Source: Phoronis australis (taxonomy: Eukaryota; Animalia; Phoronida). From it: DNA of 64,000 nucleotides. A program made the translations under genes and the position numbers. The notes beneath the pieces were generated by a model. The model did no database searches, was not told the DNA's origin, and worked only from the letters and a program-made list of their open reading frames with translations. Shown in pieces: positions 60,210 to 64,000 of this stretch. Numbering within the stretch: the first letter of the stretch is position 1; each line of letters opens with the position of its first letter. Location of the stretch: NCBI GenBank assembly GCA_002633005.1, contig NMRA01000224.1:590281-654280 (forward strand). Direction: 5' to 3'.

Positions 60210-62153
60210 CTGCACAAGTACCGTCAATTGTAAAACTGACGGTATACGTTTATTTACAGTGCAATGCTATTGTAGTTTTAACATTGAATTTTGATAATTA
60301 ATTTCCTTACGACATTCGCATCCTCACATCTGAGCTAACATTCATACGCAACTGCACAAGGTGACATGCTTAGGTGATTGGCCAGTGCGTTTCTCATCCT
60401 TAAAGTCCTGGTCTCACACGTTGTTTACCCTCATTACATGGTTAGAGGATGTTATAAAGATCCAGGAAGTACCTACCCCATAACTAATACACGATCCGTA
60501 CTCGAAAAAAGTTTAAATGAACGCGCCACTCACGAGTCGCACCCGAAGAACCACCGCATTTTTTAACTTGCCGCGAAACCGGAAGTACAATTCATTCAGG
60601 AACCCAGGCTGAGAAAACGCCGTCAGTGTGAGTGTTACCAGCCTGCAAACGGGGATAAAATAATGGACAGCGCGCCTTAATTTTAATAAAATCAAAATAC
60701 GGACAATTTTATCGAATTTGCCGAAGAAATGTGGCGAATAAATTTTGACAGAAATTGTTTTGCCGGCCTCGGGACCGCAGCCTATTGGACACGGTGATGA
60801 TCGAGGCAAGACGAAGGTGAACGGCGGTAAAGGCATGCGGTTGCAAGCTGTTTTGTCGAAGTAAGATGTTCAAATCATAAATGCCGCATATATTCAAAGG
60901 TAGTTTCAGACTCTTGCATAAAATTACGGGCTGGTTAATCCTATGTCACACTGCCGCGGCAGCCCTTAGCTAGCCTCAGTGCCAGCTCACCAGTATGAAG
61001 ACAACCGTCAAAATACAGCTAGCTCGTTAGTAGACACATACACCTTTGGGCCAAGGCTACCCTTAGGCCTACCTGGTCGCTGGCCACAGCTCTCGCTCAA
61101 ACTAGGTTTATTTAGAACTTGGGTGCTTCTGGCGAACTGTGCAACGTTGTTGGCTTTCAACAGAGACTTTCCCAGACTTGTATGAGAGCACCAAGCTTAA
61201 AAAAGGGTGCTGGAATTTTTGGGAATGTCTATATTTTACTATAAGATTCACTGGGTATGTTCAGAGTTATGAATTGCAGACGCTAAATTTTGGTACTTCC
61301 TGTCTTCTAGGGGAATATCGTCTCGTTTTCTACTTTTTTCGGAATTCGTGCTTCTCTGACTGAGGCAGACCTTTTTCCATTTCTCCAAAGGGGGCTCATT
61401 CGAGCACATAAGTATGACAAGTCCCATACAAAATTTTATCATTTTTTATTCAGTAAGCCAAAATGATTCAACCTTTTAACATAATAAGTAACTTAAAATG
61501 CACAATACTTTACAACATTTAGCATTACAAACACTATTCAACAGCAAAAGTTTCCACGATATGAAAGTGGACATGTAACTATTACCAGGAAGAGATAACC
61601 AGGAAGGGACAACTGTTTTAGCACATTTTAACGTGTTTTCAAAGGTGATTTCAATCAAAAGTAACTGTTAAAGTCGTCTGGAATCCAGGCATTGTGTTTG
61701 AAAGCTTAACTCTTTAGCTATAAAATGACACCACTTTGGTTCCCAAAGACTGCATATTAATGGCAGTAGGATGCTTTGAACATGACTTGTTTTACCCTTC
61801 CAAAAGATACCTCTTCCCAGGCATGTACTCGGGCATGATCCTCTTTTTTGAACCAACAGATGTCACTAATATATGCAAATGAGGCTCGAATCTCTTACGT
61901 CATGTGACGTCATACTGTGAATGACTTGAAACGCAGTTCTACCTGATTGGGCACTAAGAAAATTAAGAACTCACATAAGTCATTGTTCAAAGAACATTGA
62001 ATGTTTTCACGTGAAAATACAGTTAATTGTATTTGGATACGCTTGCATGTGTGTATGCGAGGACTTCGTCATTTTGCTTAAATCTAGATTTAGAAGCAGG
62101 TGTTTGTCAAGAAATTAGTCGCTGTGCTCCGTCGCCGGGAAGTCTGATCTATG

Positions 62154-62260
62154 CATGCGCAACTCGACGAACTAATGCTAGTCGCTGGTCAGCTCCGCTA
62201 TGATTCATGCGCAATTCGAAGAACTAATGCTAGTCGCTGGTCAGCTCCGCTATGATTCAT
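62154..62260. repeat. 52-bp tandem duplication
   Basis: catgcgcaa.tcga.gaactaatgctagtcgctggtcagctccgctatgatt x2. Confidence 0.9.
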
Positions 62261-62299
62261 TTGAGACGTGCGGCTTAACTCGAACCTGTCCCCGTGTTC

Positions 62300-63503
62300 T
62301 GGCTCCAAGGTCGTTTTTTGACCCAGTTTCGGGAAAAGTTCATTTTAATACGGTCATTTCCTGAAGATTTTTTTGAAAGATATGATCCCGAAATCCTTGG
62401 CCTATAGAGCTGTATCAAAATTCCTTGATGAAACATGGCCACTGGTCCAGCTTCTGCCGGGAGGCTGGGGAAAATGAACGCGTGTCCCAAAAATGCACAC
62501 ACTTCAACCGCGCAGTTCAAGTTCTTTTCCCGTCAATTACTGTGTGCGGATTCTACGCGGGCAGCCTACTGCATGACTAAACCTTATTTTTAACGTGGGT
62601 GCGTCACTGAGTCACGACGTTTCCAACCTTTGCAGTATGCACGGGAATGGCAAGCAAACGATTCGGTTTAGAAGAACCTAAATTCATTGCGCAATACTAC
62701 TGGGAACTACAAGCATCAAGGAAGTGCAAAGACAACGTTTCCAAATTTATGAGCAATGACTTGAACTTCTTTTTCGATCTACGGTTTGTAAATTTTTGAA
62801 TTTCATTAGTCTAGTTTTTAATTCAATGAAGCATTTAGAGCTGCCCGACATTCATGAATATAACTGTTATCGTTCAGTGTCCTTCTTTGCGATATGGTGG
62901 TCTGATGATGGATCAAATTTTTGCAAGTCAGCCTTCAGTCTTCAACTAAGTTCAGTGACGCATCGCCATTTCTTGCAAGACAGCTTCTGCGCTGTGCACG
63001 AATGTTTTGTGTTTTTGATGAATTTGAAATCTCAACTTCTGAGTAGTTGGCAGTGTCATGTCGGAGGTGTATAGAGGGCGCGGCACTGAAAAAAGTGGGG
63101 GCTAAAGCTCCCTCAGCCCCCCTGTAGTGCACCGCCTATGGACCACTGAAAAACTTGGACTGAATTAATACGCTCCGCAAAACATTTGCTTTACAAATTT
63201 TCTCGAATTTTCGAAATACATGTATGAATGATTAAGTGCACATTTTCAAGGGCGCTTAGACGACCTATGCTGCAAAAACGGAGACCCTAACAACAATTGT
63301 CCTGGCCAGGGCCCTCAAATGGTAAACCATACACTGATACCGAGTTGTTAAAGTTCTCTTGAATTTTCTCTCTGATCAGTATTCGAAATCTTTCTTTTTT
63401 GTCTTTCCCCAGCCCCACACCTTTGTCGGTTGCCTGGTTTGACCCTGAGGCACGCAATTTTTTTGGGGTGGCACTCGCCCTCATCCCGCTTACTAAGGTC
63501 CTG
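62300..63503 (+). mobile_element. Deleted second copy of the 44370-47495 element, with a GC-rich MITE fragment at 63070-63141
   Basis: Colinear matches to 44700-44920, 45185-45380, 46540-46615 and 47150-47495. Confidence 0.7.
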
Positions 63504-64000
63504 ATGCAAGGAGTCCATCTTTGGTCCAAGGTCAATGTTGTGTTTCAGCACGCTTGTATAGCTTGAGCGGTAAATTTAAGGTTTAAGAAATACAGGAGCA
63601 GTTTTGCGCATTTAATTGTGCGTGTAAAAGGGTTTATGGATTCGTACTAAATTTGTTGCTGCAACTTGTCTCATGGGCCTGTACCCGATACGTGACCACA
63701 AATGTGGACACTAATTCGGCTATTTCGCAAGTCGACTTTAGCAAGGTGCCCAGTGAAAATGTAAGGCAGCACCAGGCCAGTGGGTGTGTGTAACAACTCG
63801 GATTTCTAGTCTCTTATTATGAAAACCATTGAAAGCAATTACCAGCACCTGCAAACAAGAATTTTGAAGTATTGATCATTTCAACAGGAGTTAGCTGTAG
63901 ACTTATTCGCGAAGCTGCCGTCATTCCAGCCACGGTTACTGCCTGTCCTTCGAAGCAATTATAGCACATTTTATATACAAATTTTTAAGAATAGCAAGGG

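Noticed and set aside
61870-61915. Octamer ATGCAAAT next to CRE-like TTACGTCA/TGACGTCA
   Set aside because: Short motifs in repeat-like DNA with no downstream gene or snRNA recognisable.

Overview
Repeat-rich invertebrate (metazoan) nuclear DNA with an 838-nt assembly gap (14601-15438). One host protein-coding gene is present: a complete class B1 (secretin-family) GPCR most like parathyroid-hormone-receptor-like receptors. I reconstructed it by hand on the + strand from 11 phase-compatible coding exons (26582-58754, 1875 nt, 624 aa). It needs one GC-AG intron and has a tandem in-frame donor in ICL3. The rest is layered, mostly non-autonomous DNA transposons. These include two deletion derivatives of a Kolobok element with convergent THAP and KolX/P2X7-ballast-like remnants; one is bounded by TTAA and its empty site is visible elsewhere in the window. 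Also present are a TTAA MITE built from two left ends, CA..TG elements with 7-bp TSDs (P-like, including a 22-bp footprint-like relic), a GC-rich MITE family with 5-bp TSDs, Harbinger MITEs, an L1/Tx1 fragment, tRNA-derived heads and minisatellites. No CRISPR array, rRNA or intact tRNA was found. Family assignments come from motif recognition, not database searches.
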